DNA of 64,000 bases from Chiloscyllium plagiosum (taxonomy: Eukaryota). The notes beneath the pieces were generated by a model. The model did not search any database. It was not told the origin of the DNA and saw only the letters and a list, made by a program, of their open reading frames with translations. A program made the translations under genes and the position numbers. Within the stretch, counting starts at the first letter, position 1. Every line of letters starts with the position of its first letter. The stretch is from assembly GCF_004010195.1 (NCBI RefSeq), contig NC_057728.1, forward strand, positions 11,097,263 through 11,161,262. The letters are read 5' to 3'. Shown here in pieces: positions 1 to 12,970 of the stretch.

Positions 1-190
1 GATCAGATAAGTGGCACAGAGCAGGAACAACTAGGTAAACATGCCAGTATGTTTAGCTCTGCTACACTTATTGAGTTACAGCAGAAAGATGAGAAGTTAA
101 AACATTTATATCAAAAGGCATACACAGAGTAAGAGAGTGTGTTATTACTTAACAAATGATGTCATAATGAGGAAATGGAAACCATTAGTC
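1..190 (+). mobile_element. Degenerate Gypsy-type LTR retrotransposon internal fragment
   Basis: Translates to ATLIELQQKDEKLKHLYQKAYTE*..CYYLTNDVIMRKWKP, resembling the region before the integrase in fish Gypsy polyproteins; contains a stop and a frameshift. Confidence 0.55.
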
Positions 191-572
191 ATGGTCTGGG
201 CCACCTGCTTAAGAATGTTTTGAGTGGCCTGACTTTTTAGTCCAGAACAGAGATCTAACTTTATTCCCTGCCATCATGGAGAACACTCACTTCAATAATG
301 AATAAAACTTCTGGCTCCACATAAGAGAAACAGGTACCAGGAATTTCTCGCAAGCTACTTGAGATAAACATGTCTTATCACCGTGTCAGATGTTCCCTGA
401 GCAAAGCTTGGTCACACATCACATCAGTCCCTGTTGATCAGTGATTCTATGTGTTGGGAGTGTGAGTCTTTGGAAATGCAGAGCTACAGCACCAGTTTCC
501 TGCCTACAAGCCTGGCATACTTGGCACTTAATCCCCTACGTACATCGAGCAAACTTAGGGACACCCACTCAC

Positions 573-737
573 CTGGCCCCACACCCCAACTTGCCATGAC
601 GCGCACTCCTGCAGCTCACAGGTTCCGACAGCCTCTGGTTTGATACTTGGATTGCAAAAGTCATCCTGCAGTTGTTCATTATTCAGTAGGCATGATATTT
701 GTCGATGTCTTGTGCCCTTTCCACACGTCACGAGACA
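573..737 (-). CDS. ADAMTS20: ADAMTS20 exon: TSR5
   Basis: ttctag|TGT...CAG|gtgagt; CLVTCGKGTRHRQISCLLNNEQLQDDFCNPSIKPEAVGTCELQECASWQVGVWGQ; 165 nt. Confidence 0.94.
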
Positions 738-805
738 CTAGAATAATGTAAGTGGCTATTTAATGGTTGCTGAAAATTCAGTCCCTATGTTAACAGCTTA
801 CATTT

Positions 806-1045
806 GATTAGATTAGATTACTCACAGTGTGGAAACAGGCCCTTCGGCCCAACAAGTCCACACCAACCCGCCGAAGCACAACCCACCCAGACCCATTCCC
901 CTACATTTACCCCTTCACTAACACTATGGGCAATTTAACATGGCCAATTCACCTAACCTGCATGTTTTTGGACTGTGGGAGGAAACTGGAGCACCCGGAG
1001 GAAACCCACGCAGACACGGGGAGAATGTGCAAACTCCACACAGTT
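806..1045 (-). mobile_element. HE1-type SINE, 5'-truncated
   Basis: (TCTAA)n tail and central domain shared with the full copy at 55489-55792. Confidence 0.9.
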
Positions 1046-1946
1046 TGCTTCTCAGGATGGAAGAGCGAAAGAACCTCTATTCAAAAAGCTTCATTCACAA
1101 ATTATAAATGGCCTAGCTTTAATTTGAAGGCTCCGGTGCTTTTGTTCTGGGATCTCCCCCCCTTTTTCCATGGATGGGCAAATCCAGCATAACGTTCTGA
1201 ACATTAGGGTTATGCTGTTCAGCAGTAAAGTCAGGAGATACCTTTTCACAGAAAAATGGTGGTGGAAATCTTGAACTGTCTCCATGAGAAGACTGTGGAT
1301 ACTGGAACAACAGGAATTTTCAAGACAGAGATGATAAGATTTTGTGAAAGGCTAGCTAGTTATGGATCTGAAATAGCTTAACTAGAGTTAAGATACAACA
1401 TAACTAAATGCAGGACAAGACTGGAGAACTGGATATCATTCTATACAGTCCTTGATGTGTACTTGCTGCAAATTCTAGTATTCATCCTCAGAGTTCATTT
1501 GTTTCATTAAACTCTTGCTTATATTGGAGCTATTGTCATATATATTTTATAACTGTATGGACAGTTTGAGAAAACATTAACCTATCAGGTTGGAACTTGT
1601 ACATTTTGTCTAAATTACAAACTTTTATTTTAGTTTTCCCACAGGCCATATGGCAACACAGTTCAGGGAGAGAGCAAGTTATGGATTCTCAGGCCTCTGT
1701 TGATGCTACACTTTGTCTACTTAATACAGCTCTGAGTGGGTCACAGTCAGATACTCCCTGTCTCTTTGATACAGAGTCCAGGCAATGTTTGATGGCTATA
1801 AACCGAACAGCAAATATAGTCACGAGTTTCCTCCAGTCTAACACTGTGCAGTAACACTTTGAATTCTATATTAGATATTCCTAAGGTTAGCAATAACATT
1901 TGCTTGGTCTTTTTTGCCTCTTTTAACTCCTTAATGCTTTACTCAC

Positions 1947-2111
1947 TTCGCTCCATTCACTGGCCGTCCATTCAGGGCAGGGAAATTCATTGCAAATCTG
2001 CGATACAACATTCTGATGCTCATTGCACTCTTGGTTAACAAGGTGTCTGCCAAGGTTGCTCATGCAGTACCCTTCCCGGGTCCGTGTTCCACCGCCACAG
2101 GTTTTTGAACA
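1947..2111 (-). CDS. ADAMTS20: ADAMTS20 exon: TSR4
   Basis: ttctcag|TGT...GAA|gtgagt; CSKTCGGGTRTREGYCMSNLGRHLVNQECNEHQNVVSQICNEFPCPEWTASEWSE; 165 nt. Confidence 0.94.
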
Positions 2112-2342
2112 CTGAGAAAACCAAACAAACGATCTGTAAGGTTGTGTATGTGGGAATGCCCAATGAAGGTGTGTTACAACTTGGAAATACAGTATTATTC
2201 TCTCTGTACTCTAAGCAGCCCTTCTTTCTGCACGGACTTCATCTCAATGCATGTGGGTATTGCCTATGTTAGTAAATGTGTGTTTTATAAATTCAGACAA
2301 TATGAATGATCATCAATGAAGTTCAATTTTCAAACAAAATCA

Positions 2343-2880
2343 GAACATAAGAACTGGGAGCAGGAGTAAGCAATTCATCCCCTCAAACCTGCTCCACCGT
2401 TTGATACTACCATGGCTCATCTCATCTCAGGCTTAACTCCACTCTCCTGCCTGCTCCTCATAGCCTTTTAATCCATCACAAATCAAATATCTGTCTATCC
2501 TCACCTTAAATTTATTCAGTGTCACAGCATCCAACATATTCCATGGCACTTAATTCCACAGATTCACAACCCTTTGAGAGAATTAATTCCACCTCATCAC
2601 TGTTTTAAATTTGCCACCCTTTAAAATTATGAGCTCTCATTCTAGATTGCCCTCCAAGTGAAAATGTCCATTCTATATCTACTTTGTCAATCCCCTTTAG
2701 CAACTTATACTCTGCAGTTAAATCTCCTTTCATGCTTCTAAACTCGAGCAAGTAAAGGCCTAACCCATTCAATCTCTCCTCATAAGACAACAATTTCAAT
2801 TCTGGAATTAATCTGGTAAACATTCTTAGAACTTCTTCGAAAGCAATTACATTCTTCCTCCAGTAAGGGGAACAAAACTG
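2343..2880 (-). mobile_element. CR1 LINE 3' fragment
   Basis: FTRLIPELKLLSYEERLNGLGLYLLEFRSMKGDL...YKLLKGIDKVD (CR1 ORF2 C-terminus) plus a ttcttatgttct tail. Confidence 0.88.
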
Positions 2881-2995
2881 ACTTCAGAGCATGGAGCTGC
2901 TAATTGCCGAACCTTCAATGCCAATGAAAGTATGTCTAATAAATGTAAGTGTGTCCATGGGTTGAGGGAGTTGGGTTGCACGCTCTAACCATTAC

Positions 2996-3206
2996 CTGTG
3001 ACCAGGATGTATAATGCCAACTGGTTCTGTGACAGTCACCATGACAGGGCTCTCTGCTGGGAGGTTTTGGCTGATCCCTGCAGTATCTGTCGTCTATTGA
3101 CTCACTGGGTCCTTTGCCGTGGGTATACTTCATGCAGCGAATGTCTTGCGTTCTGTAGCCTGGTCCGCACTGTGCCGTACATTCGCTCTTACCTACTGTG
3201 TGCCAC
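2996..3206 (-). CDS. ADAMTS20: ADAMTS20 exon: TSR3
   Basis: ttctag|G TGG CAC...CAG|gtaatg; WHTVGKSECTAQCGPGYRTQDIRCMKYTHGKGPSESIDDRYCRDQPKPPSREPCHGDCHRTSWHYTSWSQ; 211 nt. Confidence 0.94.
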
Positions 3207-4390
3207 CTAGAATCAAAGCAGAGCTACTTATATTGTAAAGTCAATCGTTTTTAATTCAACCGAGAAGAACTAATTCTATGCGACATCCATAAGATTATGC
3301 AAAGTTTTCTTCTGACCTGACGATTTTGATCACACTCATCAAGGAGTGAATATTTTTGTTCTACCACATCCCCTCCCCCCCAAGCAACAATATGGAAAGG
3401 CTGCAGGTACAACACCGCAGTGGGGAGACTTTTGATATCTGATCATAATGGGCAGGGCATCACTGCAGTGAGCCACACAACGCAGACGGCCTCACACACT
3501 CTCTGGGATAACCAGCTGCACACCCAAATTAAAACTACATCCAGTGGACTTCAGCTGTCTGAGGTGCCCATCATATCTCAGGCAATTTGAGTGCCAGCTC
3601 TTTATTTTCCAGGCACAAAATGGGTTGCCAGCAGTCAACACACATTAACTTCAATAGAGCACCAACACATTTGTCTATGTGCCCATTTTATTCTCACACA
3701 CAGCACCGACTCTTAACGGAGCTTCCCTGGGTGGCCAGCAGTACTTCCCTGAGTACAAAGATTGCTTTCTCGTGTGAACCTGAACAAATTAACAAATGGG
3801 TTGTGATCATAATCCTGCTGAGAATCGGGGAGGCTGGACCCAGAGGCGAAGATATCTAGGGAGTGGGGAGGATGGGGAAGAAATGGACGTTGCAATTTTG
3901 CCGTGAGTGCAACTGCGGCAATTGCAAATTGCGAGGCAGTGACTTTAAAGTTGCAAATAAAATTGCATTTGACCCCAAATCTGCTCCACTTCCAGGATGG
4001 AAAACAAAACACAAATAAAGTGAAGGTCTGGTCATCCCAGAGTTCCATTTTCAGGAATGCAAAATGAGTCCAAGTGGATTGCCCTTGATTCCCAGGTTAA
4101 GGCAGAAATGGATTTATATTAGAATGAGATATACAACAAGACTGTTCAAAATAAAAGGCTGCTTCCACGCATCATTCAATGTCATTTACAACTCAGTTGT
4201 TCCCTCCAGCGTTGTCACCCTTTTGTTCATTGCCACCTCTGTTTAAAAGTACGGTCATTGTGAAGAGCATATGCCTTTGATAACACGACCCCTATGATTT
4301 CCTCTGTAGCAGATATCTCAGTGACTCAAATCAGAAACACATTGTTGAAAGTTCTGTTCCATAGTGACCAACTAAAATATTGGTCTTTAC

Positions 4391-4517
4391 CTTACTTCAC
4401 ATTCTGTGTTGCACGGCTCAATGTCAGGGACTGGGCGAGGTAAATGTTCACATCTTTGGTCAGAAACAACTAAGTGATCACTCTTACGCACACAAACCAC
4501 CTTTCTCCTCCGTTCCC
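4391..4517 (-). CDS. ADAMTS20: ADAMTS20 exon: TSR2
   Basis: ttacag|GG GAA...GTA AG|gtaaag; [43 protein letters not shown]; 127 nt. Confidence 0.92.
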
Positions 4518-4787
4518 CTGTAACAGATGGAAGCAGTTTGGCACTCATTTTTGTGTTTTACAGCAAATCCAGAGCCTGCCCGAAGGCAAATCTGATGTTT
4601 ATAGTATATGGTAGGTACAATATCTGAATATGACAGCTTCTTTCAAAACACCTCAATTATATACAGAACCACCATCTGGTTGTAACAACATAATTCCATT
4701 GCAATATGTTCTAAAGAAACAAAGTTCACTGTTTCCCAGGATAAAGGAGAATGGGGAGCAATACAAATCAAGACAAAAGCAGTGGTA

Positions 4788-6750
4788 CATAGGAACAATG
4801 GAATTAGGAGCGGGAGTAGGCAATTCAGCCTTCCGAGCCCACTCCACCATTTAACATGATCATAGCTGATCTTATCCTGGTCTCAACTCCACCTCCCGCT
4901 TGCTCCCAATAGCCCTTAGCCAGCTTTTCATCAGAAATATATCTATTTCTTTCTTGAAAAAGTTGATTGATTCTCTGTCTCCAGTGAGCTCCACATATTC
5001 ACAACCCTCTGAGAGGAGTACTTTCTCCTCATCTTAGTGTTGAATTGTCCTCGTCTCACTCTATATTTATGACCTTTTGGTTGAGACTGTCCCATAAGGG
5101 AGAACATCTGATCAAACATCCACCTTATCAATCCCCTTCAGCATTTTATATATCTCCACCAGCTTCCCACTCATTCTTCTGAATTCCAGCAAGTACAAAG
5201 CCCACGCTATTTAACAGCTCCTCATACGATAACCCTTTTACCTCTGGATTAACCTGGTGAACTGCTCCCAGTGCCACTGCATCCTTCCTCAAGTAAGGAG
5301 ACGAAAACTGGACACAATACTCGAGGTGTGGTCTCACCAATGCCCTATATAATTGTAAGAACACCTTTTTATTTCAATAATTCAGCCCTTTTGCTACAAA
5401 TGCCAGGATTCCACCTGCCTTTCTTATTACATATGTTGCACTTGTCTACCCAGTTTCTGTGATTCACGAACAAAGACCCTCGCTCAGATCTCTCACCACT
5501 GATGAATTTTGAATCTGCTTCCTATTTAAATAATAATTTGCCTGTATAATTTCCTAGTCAAAATGGAGAAACTCGCACCTGTCAGAATCCGGCTCATTCT
5601 TGTAGCCTATTAATATCCATCTGTCAACTCTTTACCTCCTCATCATTGCCTGCTTTCCCAGCTATTTTACTATCATCCACAACATAGATGGTACACTCTG
5701 TCCCTGCTTGCAGATCGTTGATAAAGTTTGTAAATTGTTAAGGTCTGAGATCTGAATCCTGCAGCACCCCACTAGTTACAATTCGCCGTCCAAAGAAGAA
5801 CCCATTTAGCCCGACCCTCTGCTTTCTGTCAGTCAGCCAGTCCCCTATCCAAGCCAGTACTCTACCCTTGACTGCCTGGGATCTAACCTTCTGGATCAGT
5901 CTTTTATGCAGCACTTTGGTCTAATACCTTCTGGAAATCTAGTTAGACCACATTTACCAGATCCTCATTATCCACCTTGCTGGTTACATCCTCAAAGAAC
6001 TCCAGCAAGTTTATCAAGCACATCATGCCCTTCATGAAACCATGCTGACATAGTGAATTGAGCTTTGTTTTTCCAAGTGTTCAGATATCCCTACTTTTAT
6101 GACTGACTCCAGCAACTTCCTCACTACAGAGATCAAACTCACTACATCTACAGTTTCCCTCTTCCCTCTATCTCCTTTTTTTGAATGAGGGTGGCACATT
6201 AGCATGTTTCCAATCCACTGGGACATTTTCAGAATCCAGGAAGTTTTGGAATGTCATAACTAATGCATCCACTATCTCTGCTGCCACCTCTGTTAATGCC
6301 CCAGGGTGCCAGCCATCAGTCCCTGGTGACTTATCTACCTTTAATCCCATCAGTTCTCCCTTCTCCCATACCTTCTCCCTAGCTGCATTAATTTCACCAA
6401 GTTCCTGTGCAGTAACTGCAGTTTTGTGGGAAAATGATCTTCCACTGTGAAAATAGAAACAAAGTATTGGTTTAGTGCCTCTATCATTTCTCTGTTTCCC
6501 CATTATTACCTCACCATTTTCATCCTCGAAAGGGCTAACATTTAGATTAGATTACTTACAGTGTGGAAACAGGTCCTTCGGCCCAACAAGTCCAGCACAA
6601 CCCATCCAGACCCATTCCCTTACATTTACCCCTTCACCTAACACTACGGGCAATTTAGCACGGCCAATTCACCTAACCTACTTTCTCTATTCTCTTTGTT
6701 TTTATAGACATTTAGAAGCTTTTGGTAACAAAATTTAAGTTTTCTACTAG
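4788..6750 (-). mobile_element. CR1 LINE (RT and 3' end), degenerate, interrupted by HE1 at 6541-6680
   Basis: LKVDKSPGTDGWHP..VPVDWKHANV; LQLYRALVRPHLEYCVQFSSPYLRKD; many frameshifts. Confidence 0.9.
6541..6680 (-). mobile_element. HE1-type SINE 3' fragment
   Basis: tagattagattacttacagtgtggaaacagg tail, same as other copies. Confidence 0.85.
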
Positions 6751-6798
6751 TTTCCATTCACAGGGGTATACTGGTGAATTCGGGCACGTTTATATTGC

Positions 6799-6994
6799 AG
6801 GTAGATAAGCAGGAGGCTGGAAGAACACAGCAAGTCAGGCAGCATCAGGAGGTGGCGAAGTCAACGTTTCAGCTGAAGTGTTACACCCAAAACGTTGACT
6901 TCTCCACCTCCTGATGCTGCCCAGCTTGCTGTGTTCTTCCAGCCTCCTGCTTGTCTACCTTGGATTCCAGCATCTGCAGGTTTTTGTCTCGAAT
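6799..6994. mobile_element. Palindromic PLE-end element (family A-like, HHR decayed)
   Basis: Inverted arms 6799-6870 / 6889-6960 plus an unpaired tail; degenerate TSD cacgtttatattgcag (6785) / catgttaacattacag (6995). Confidence 0.8.
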
Positions 6995-8017
6995 CATGTT
7001 AACATTACAGATCATACATCAGATCTGTAATGTGCTATCTTTGGCTAATCTGGGGTCATAGCCATTTTCCCCAGTTCCCCAAAAATCTTTAGCTTTGGAC
7101 AATTAATTTGGCTCACTTTCCAACATTGTGGTGTTGACATTAAACAAGTGCAGCTACATTCTGCTGCATTATTCACATCATATATCTGAGAAAGATTTCA
7201 GTTTTGATCCCCCAGTCTGTGTTGAGTTAGTTAATCTCCACCCAGGCTGTGTTTGGGCTACTGAAATTTTCCTAATACTTCTGATTTTTGAGGTGAAATT
7301 CAGCCGCACGGAAGGTTACATTTGTTGAACATCCAGTGATGTGCTGAATGGCCACCAGTACTCAGAACAAGGAATCACATATCAACAGTAGAACATAGAA
7401 CAGTACAGCACAGTACAAGCCCTTCAGCCCTAGATGTTGCGCCGATCTTTGTGACAATGGTCACATCCGACATGAAAAATATCAAAATCTTTCATAACTG
7501 TGACAGGAAAGGAATCAATGCCTTCAAGTGAGGAGACCGGGAAAAAGAATTACAGAAGAAAATTGCAAAGATTTCCCTTTACTGCAGACCCATCACTGCA
7601 ATATTTTTCGAAAATCTGTGTGTAAGTCCAATGTTAATCGTTTCAAGGTATAACGAAGATCGGAAAAATAAAAGCAAAGAAAAAATTCAGCGAGTACTCA
7701 GCAGATCAGGCAGCACCTACGGAGTTACCATTTTGGGACTAGATTACCTTTCTTCTGAGCATTTTGAACAATCTTTATTTAATTTCAGATTTTTGGCGTT
7801 GCAGTTTTTCTTTTTAAAGATTAGGTAGTAATGCTTTCATCCACTGTGGCCAAACCCGCAGTACATCTGCTATTGAAAACAATTAAAACCTTATCGTGGA
7901 AGAAGTGAGCAACACCGACTGATTTGAGGGGAATCAATCAGCAGGAACGCCCTCCTTTGCATACATAATTCATACGTGTCCTTGGGATTGCTTGTCTTAA
8001 ATGTAATTTGGCAATAA

Positions 8018-8345
8018 AGGTTTGGGGGAAAATCCCTTATCCGAAATGCTCGGGACCAACTGGTTTTTGGAATTCAGGATTTTTTGAATTTCGGAATAAG
8101 TGACAATTTGATGGTGAAATTTTTAAAAATCTTACCAAACAGCAGACGCACTGAGTAAAACGGGCCCTGAAACAGAATTGAGGCCTGCCAGTGCTGGGTC
8201 ACGCCCCCACACGTTGCATCTGAGTGACACGCATCGAGTGGGTGTGGAGTTGGGTTAACTGTTTGCACGCCAAACAATCGTGTTAGTGGGAAAAAAAACT
8301 TCACGAAAATCCTTCAGATTTCGGAGCAACGGTCGTCAACCTGTA
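8018..8345. mobile_element. Tigger/pogo-like (MER46-like) MITE
   Basis: cccttatccgaaatgctc near the left end, gatttcgga...tcaacctgta at the right end; internal tccgaaa/tttcgga motifs; CpG-rich. Confidence 0.55.
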
Positions 8346-8634
8346 CTTACACTCTGGCCATATAACAAAACTTAAGGAAGAATTGAGTTTGTGGGAACAT
8401 GTCAAAGAAACATTAATTGCTCGGGAGTGCTAACAGGAACCAGAATGCAGAAATGCTCTGTTTTCTACCTGTGATGTCACAGGTTAAAAACAGAAGGACA
8501 GAATTTGTAGACAGTTGTAATAAAGCCAAGAGGTTCTGAAAGTGAGTGTTCCCTCGCTCTCCTGTGACAACTCCAGCAAAAGACCCATGGAAATGTTGTA
8601 AGGTCATACACTCTACAAAAGACTCAGGAGATGG

Positions 8635-8905
8635 TCATCACTGACTAGCCTAGCTTATCTTACCCATCTTTAATTGCCGTAGACGTCAGTTACATTACTG
8701 TGGAGTTACATGCAGACCAGACCAGGTAAGGACAGCAGCTAATGAAGAACATTAGTGAACCAGATAGATTTTTCCTAACAATTATTTCATCGTTTAGACC
8801 CTTAATTCCAGTTTTTTAAAAAATTTGAATTAATTTCAACTTGCAGCCCCAGAACATTATTTGGGTCTCTGGATTAATAGTCTAGTGATAATACCATTAG
8901 GCCAT
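8635..8905 (-). mobile_element. tRNA-derived SINE (second family), degenerate
   Basis: Reverse-complement similarity to 13378-13695 and same-strand similarity to 41670-42010. Confidence 0.65.
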
Positions 8906-8970
8906 CTGATTGTCACCAGCCAAACCCATATTAAATTTACTTTAAGACATAAGAATGCAATGGAGTTTAC

Positions 8971-9100
8971 CTTGGCACAGTCGGCTACACTGTTGCCATG
9001 AACCATATGGATCCCACACAAACTTCTCCAGTTGGTCTTCAATGGGTATATTAAAAGAATAACGAACATCCGGATTGTACAAATTTCCAACAGATAAAAC
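8971..9100 (-). CDS. ADAMTS20: ADAMTS20 exon: spacer end / TSR2
   Basis: tgctag|GTT...CAA G|gtaaac; [43 protein letters not shown]; 130 nt. Confidence 0.94.
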
Positions 9101-9295
9101 CTAGCAGGATATAAAACAGTTTGAGAAAATCAACAAACATTAAGATACTGTAACAAGTACAAAATGGTGCTCCTAAATTAAGAGTATTCTTGATGTTTAG
9201 TTAGCAGAGGAAGTTCGTTGTTGTAAACACAGAGGAAAATAATTACCATTCAATAAATAAGCAATAAGCCATTATCGTTACAAAAAAAATCCCAC

Positions 9296-9462
9296 CTGCA
9301 AAATCAGCTCTTCCTCAATCCGATCAGTGCAGTTAATGCGCTCCACATCATTGTCTGAGCCACTGTATTCAATTGTGGCTCCCTGTACATTTATTTCTCG
9401 TTTAAACATGCTCACCACAAAGTTTCCATTCAGGATGAAATTACCTCGACTGTCAGATAAGG
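9296..9462 (-). CDS. ADAMTS20: ADAMTS20 exon: spacer domain
   Basis: cttcag|CC TTA...CAG|gtggga; [56 protein letters not shown]; 167 nt. Confidence 0.94.
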
Positions 9463-9803
9463 CTGAAGCACAGACCAGAAATATTCCATTAGGAAAGCAG
9501 GGTTCAAATGTAGATTTCTAAAATTTCAAAACTCAGCTTTTATTATTGCCCCCCCTCCCCGAAGAATGTTGACTCTTTAATTTGTGAATGGAAGTGTTGT
9601 GTCTGTAGCTGTAACAGAGAAGGTAATTCTGTACATAATTCATGGTGAAATCAGTCAATCACAGTGAGATGAGAAACTAATTTGTATAATGCTTTGGTGG
9701 TCACAATGCTACCCGAAAGACTGTATGATTTGCTTTCTTCTTCTGGTGTGGTTAGGTCTTCAACGTGCTCATGACCCAATGTATCATTGTATTACCATCT
9801 CAT

Positions 9804-9895
9804 TCCTGAAGTAGGGCTTATGCCCGAAACGTCGATTCTCCTGTTCCTTGGATGCTGCCTGACCTGCTGCGCTTTTCCAGCAACTCATTTTCAGC
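9804..9895 (+). mobile_element. Solo tail-less PLE-end element (family A)
   Basis: 14-bp TSD tattaccatctcat at 9790-9803 and 9896-9909; HHR core mutated (ctgaagta). Confidence 0.88.
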
Positions 9896-9998
9896 TATTA
9901 CCATCTCATCTAAACAGCAGCAGCTCTGCCAGTGTAATATCCCTTGTTAGCCGGGTTTCTGTGAATTCTGAACTAATGCTTGATCCCACAACTTTAGA

Positions 9999-10224
9999 AG
10001 GTAAAAACAAGGACTGCAGATGCTGGAAACCAGATTCTAGATTAGAGTGGTGCTGGAAAAGCACTGCAGTTCAGGCAGCATCCGGGGAGCAGATAAATCG
10101 ACGTTTCGGCCAAAAGCCCTTCATCAGATTCCGGATGAAAGGCTTTTGCCCGAAACGTCGATTTTCCTGCTCCTCGGATGCTGCCTGAACTGCTGTGCTT
10201 TTCCAGCACCGCTCTAATCTAGAA
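9999..10224. mobile_element. Palindromic PLE-end element (family A variant) with two opposed HHR motifs
   Basis: 14-bp TSD cccacaactttaga at 9985-9998 and 10225-10238; arms about 10035-10127 / 10133-10224; unpaired tail on the left. Confidence 0.92.
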
Positions 10225-10974
10225 CCCACAACTTTAGACACAGAGCGTAATCAACTGAATCAGAATGAAACAGGAGCGATTCCATTGCAAGGCAATACAT
10301 TGTATCTTAGCTTGCGACACATCGTCAAACAAGAAGAAAAGTTCTTCCACTGAACATCATTCACTAAACTAACTCACTTAATTAAAATAACCTTCAAGAG
10401 CGGGACTAACTCTAAATAAATCACTAAGCCAGTGCTTCCATTTAATATACAGATCATTATCTTTGAAAAACGTGCAAAAATTAACATGAAGATAATGTAA
10501 GCTTTATGAGCCGCTGTACTTGGCCATCAAGACATTGTGCATCAAGACGTGACTAACCCAAACCCAAGGTTACTCATGGCAAGTCAGAGATTAAGCCACT
10601 ATAAGGAGGAGAGGATTGGTGTGGAAGTGATAAGGGATCCACATTTACTGGAAAAACGTGGAAAGATGTAAATGAAAGATTATCTTTAAAGTTGTGTGTT
10701 GTGAACACTCTTCGAATGGTTCCCTGAGAATATTGTCTTCTTCATCAGTCACCAAAAGATACATTAATCAATTTGCACACTTCCTGGACAAGTACACAGA
10801 AAATGAGAGCTCATATTTTTACCCTTGTCTATTTGTTCAAGGTTATGGCCAAGAAATATGTAAAATTTAACAAAAGATTAGCCTAGCTTTCATCTTTCCT
10901 AATTTACTATACATCACTAAATGTACCTACTGTTACTACATGGTTTTGTGCAAATAAACTAGTATAAATTCTGA

Positions 10975-11178
10975 ACTGAAAACAATCAATGCCAGAGATC
11001 ACAGCGGGTCAGACAGTATCGATTGAAAGAAAGCAAGCTAATATTTTACGTCCAGATGGTTCTTCAGAACTAGCTTGCATCTCTGATGAAGGGCCATCTA
11101 GACTCGAAATGTCAGCTTGCTCTCTCACCATGGATGCTGCCTGACTCGCTGTGATCTCGCAGCTGCAGTAATTTTCTC
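10975..11178. mobile_element. Older palindromic PLE-end element
   Basis: gagatcacagcgggtcagacag ... ctgcctgactcgctgtgatctc inverted arms; ctgatgaagggccatctagactcgaaatgtc HHR-like motif. Confidence 0.75.
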
Positions 11179-12074
11179 GTATAAAATTTCAAATATTTGT
11201 TCAGGACATTTCGGCAACAAACTTCAATAATGGTGAGATGAAAATTGAAAGAAAAACCCAACTAGAAAACAGATAATCTGAGGAAAATTCCCTCTGATTG
11301 CAAGCAATCCCATAGATCACGAATCAGGGACTTCTGCATCATGAACGAGGAGGTTAAGAACCATTCAAACCAGTGCTCTGCAAAACACATGAAGAGTCAG
11401 CACTTGCTGCATTAGACAGTTGAGCCATTAACTTGAGGCTGAATCTGCCTGGCTGTGCCAATGGGAAAGAAAACGTACAGTGTTATTTGAAAAAATGCAG
11501 AATATTCTGCTGGTGTCCTGTCTCTGGCAACATTACCACTTATTCATCTCAAATCTGTTTTATACCATGTAGCTTAGACTGACTGCTCTATTTACTTACA
11601 TAAGTGCATTAGCATCCATGTAAATGTATGTCTCCATATAATGGGAAGTGGAAACTGCTGGCAAAGCAAGCGCTGAATATACATTGACTTAAAAAAAAAC
11701 GATAGATTACGTTATCTTATGCTAACCTCACATAATGTTCTATAAGGACAGTGTATGTCATGGACAGTGTGAGCTTTTAACCAAATCAGAGCTCCTTCTC
11801 AACAGAATAGAAACTAAAGATGTGTAGAGGTACAATACTTTGAAAAACTCAATCTGAGTATCATTGAATTCAAAAGTTTCAAAGTAGAAATTAAATTTTG
11901 CCTACAATGGTCGAGACAAAGTCAACTTTCCTTAATGTTCTAATTACTGATTACATGGTTTGGGTAATTGGGACTTGAAGGAATTGTTAGAAGTCAAGTA
12001 CATCCTCGGCTCCAGTGAGCTGAGGACTTAAAAGTATCGAATAAATAAAACAGAATAAGTCGCAAAATGCTTAC

Positions 12075-12170
12075 CAAGGTAGTTATCATCTTCTGGCTTC
12101 CCTGAATAGCTGTGCTGCCGTACATCAATATTAGTTGCTCCTGAAGGTATTCTTACTACTATGTTATATC
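12075..12170 (-). CDS. ADAMTS20: ADAMTS20 exon: spacer domain
   Basis: ttttaag|GA TAT...CTT G|gtaagc; [32 protein letters not shown]; 96 nt. Confidence 0.94.
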
Positions 12171-12569
12171 CTTAAAATAAATGAATAATATGAGTACAAT
12201 GAGCAAATAAAACTCACAACACAAGCAAAGATTTGATCTTTTGATGCAAGTCAACAGTGAATTTGATTTTTAATCTTATGCTCTGACCAGGTTGCTGCAG
12301 CTCACTCAACAATAAGAATAACTTCTATTTACAGAAAGAAAGCACTTAGGTTTCATTGGAAACTATCAAGACCTGAAGGCTATTCCAAGGCACTTTGGTG
12401 GCCTGTTTTTGAAGGGGAGTAATTGCCATGAGGTTGGAAACATGCACAGCAAGGCCACATGAACAGAAATTTGCTGGTGACCAAATATTCTTTCGCTTGA
12501 TTGAGTGATAAATAGAGTCACAAAGCATGATCTAACTTTACTAACTGGTCTACCATGCAGTAAAAGTCT

Positions 12570-12970
12570 ATGTAGACAATGTCTACCACTGTGCGTTCAT
12601 CAACCTTTTTGATTAGATCAACAAAACTACAATCCAGTTTGTGAGACATGATTTCCCATACACACTTAATCAGTCCATGCCTCTCCTAACGCACGCAAAT
12701 CCTATCTTTCAGAATCCCCTCCAACAACTTAATCACCACTGATGTCAGACTCAACGATCTATACTTCCCAGGCTTCTCCTTACAACATTAGCCAGCCTCC
12801 AGTACTTCACCCATATTGTAGGTCATACAAATATCTTGGCTGGGACCCCGACAATTTCAACTCTAACCTCCCATAATGTCCTGTGCTACACTTTGGATCA
12901 TGTCCAGGAAATTTCTCTACTTTAATGTTTTCTAACACCTCCAGCACCTCGTCTTCTGTAATGTGAAAGA
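12570..12970 (-). mobile_element. CR1 LINE RT fragment
   Basis: Reverse-complement similarity to the CR1 RT region at 58550-58880. Confidence 0.7.
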
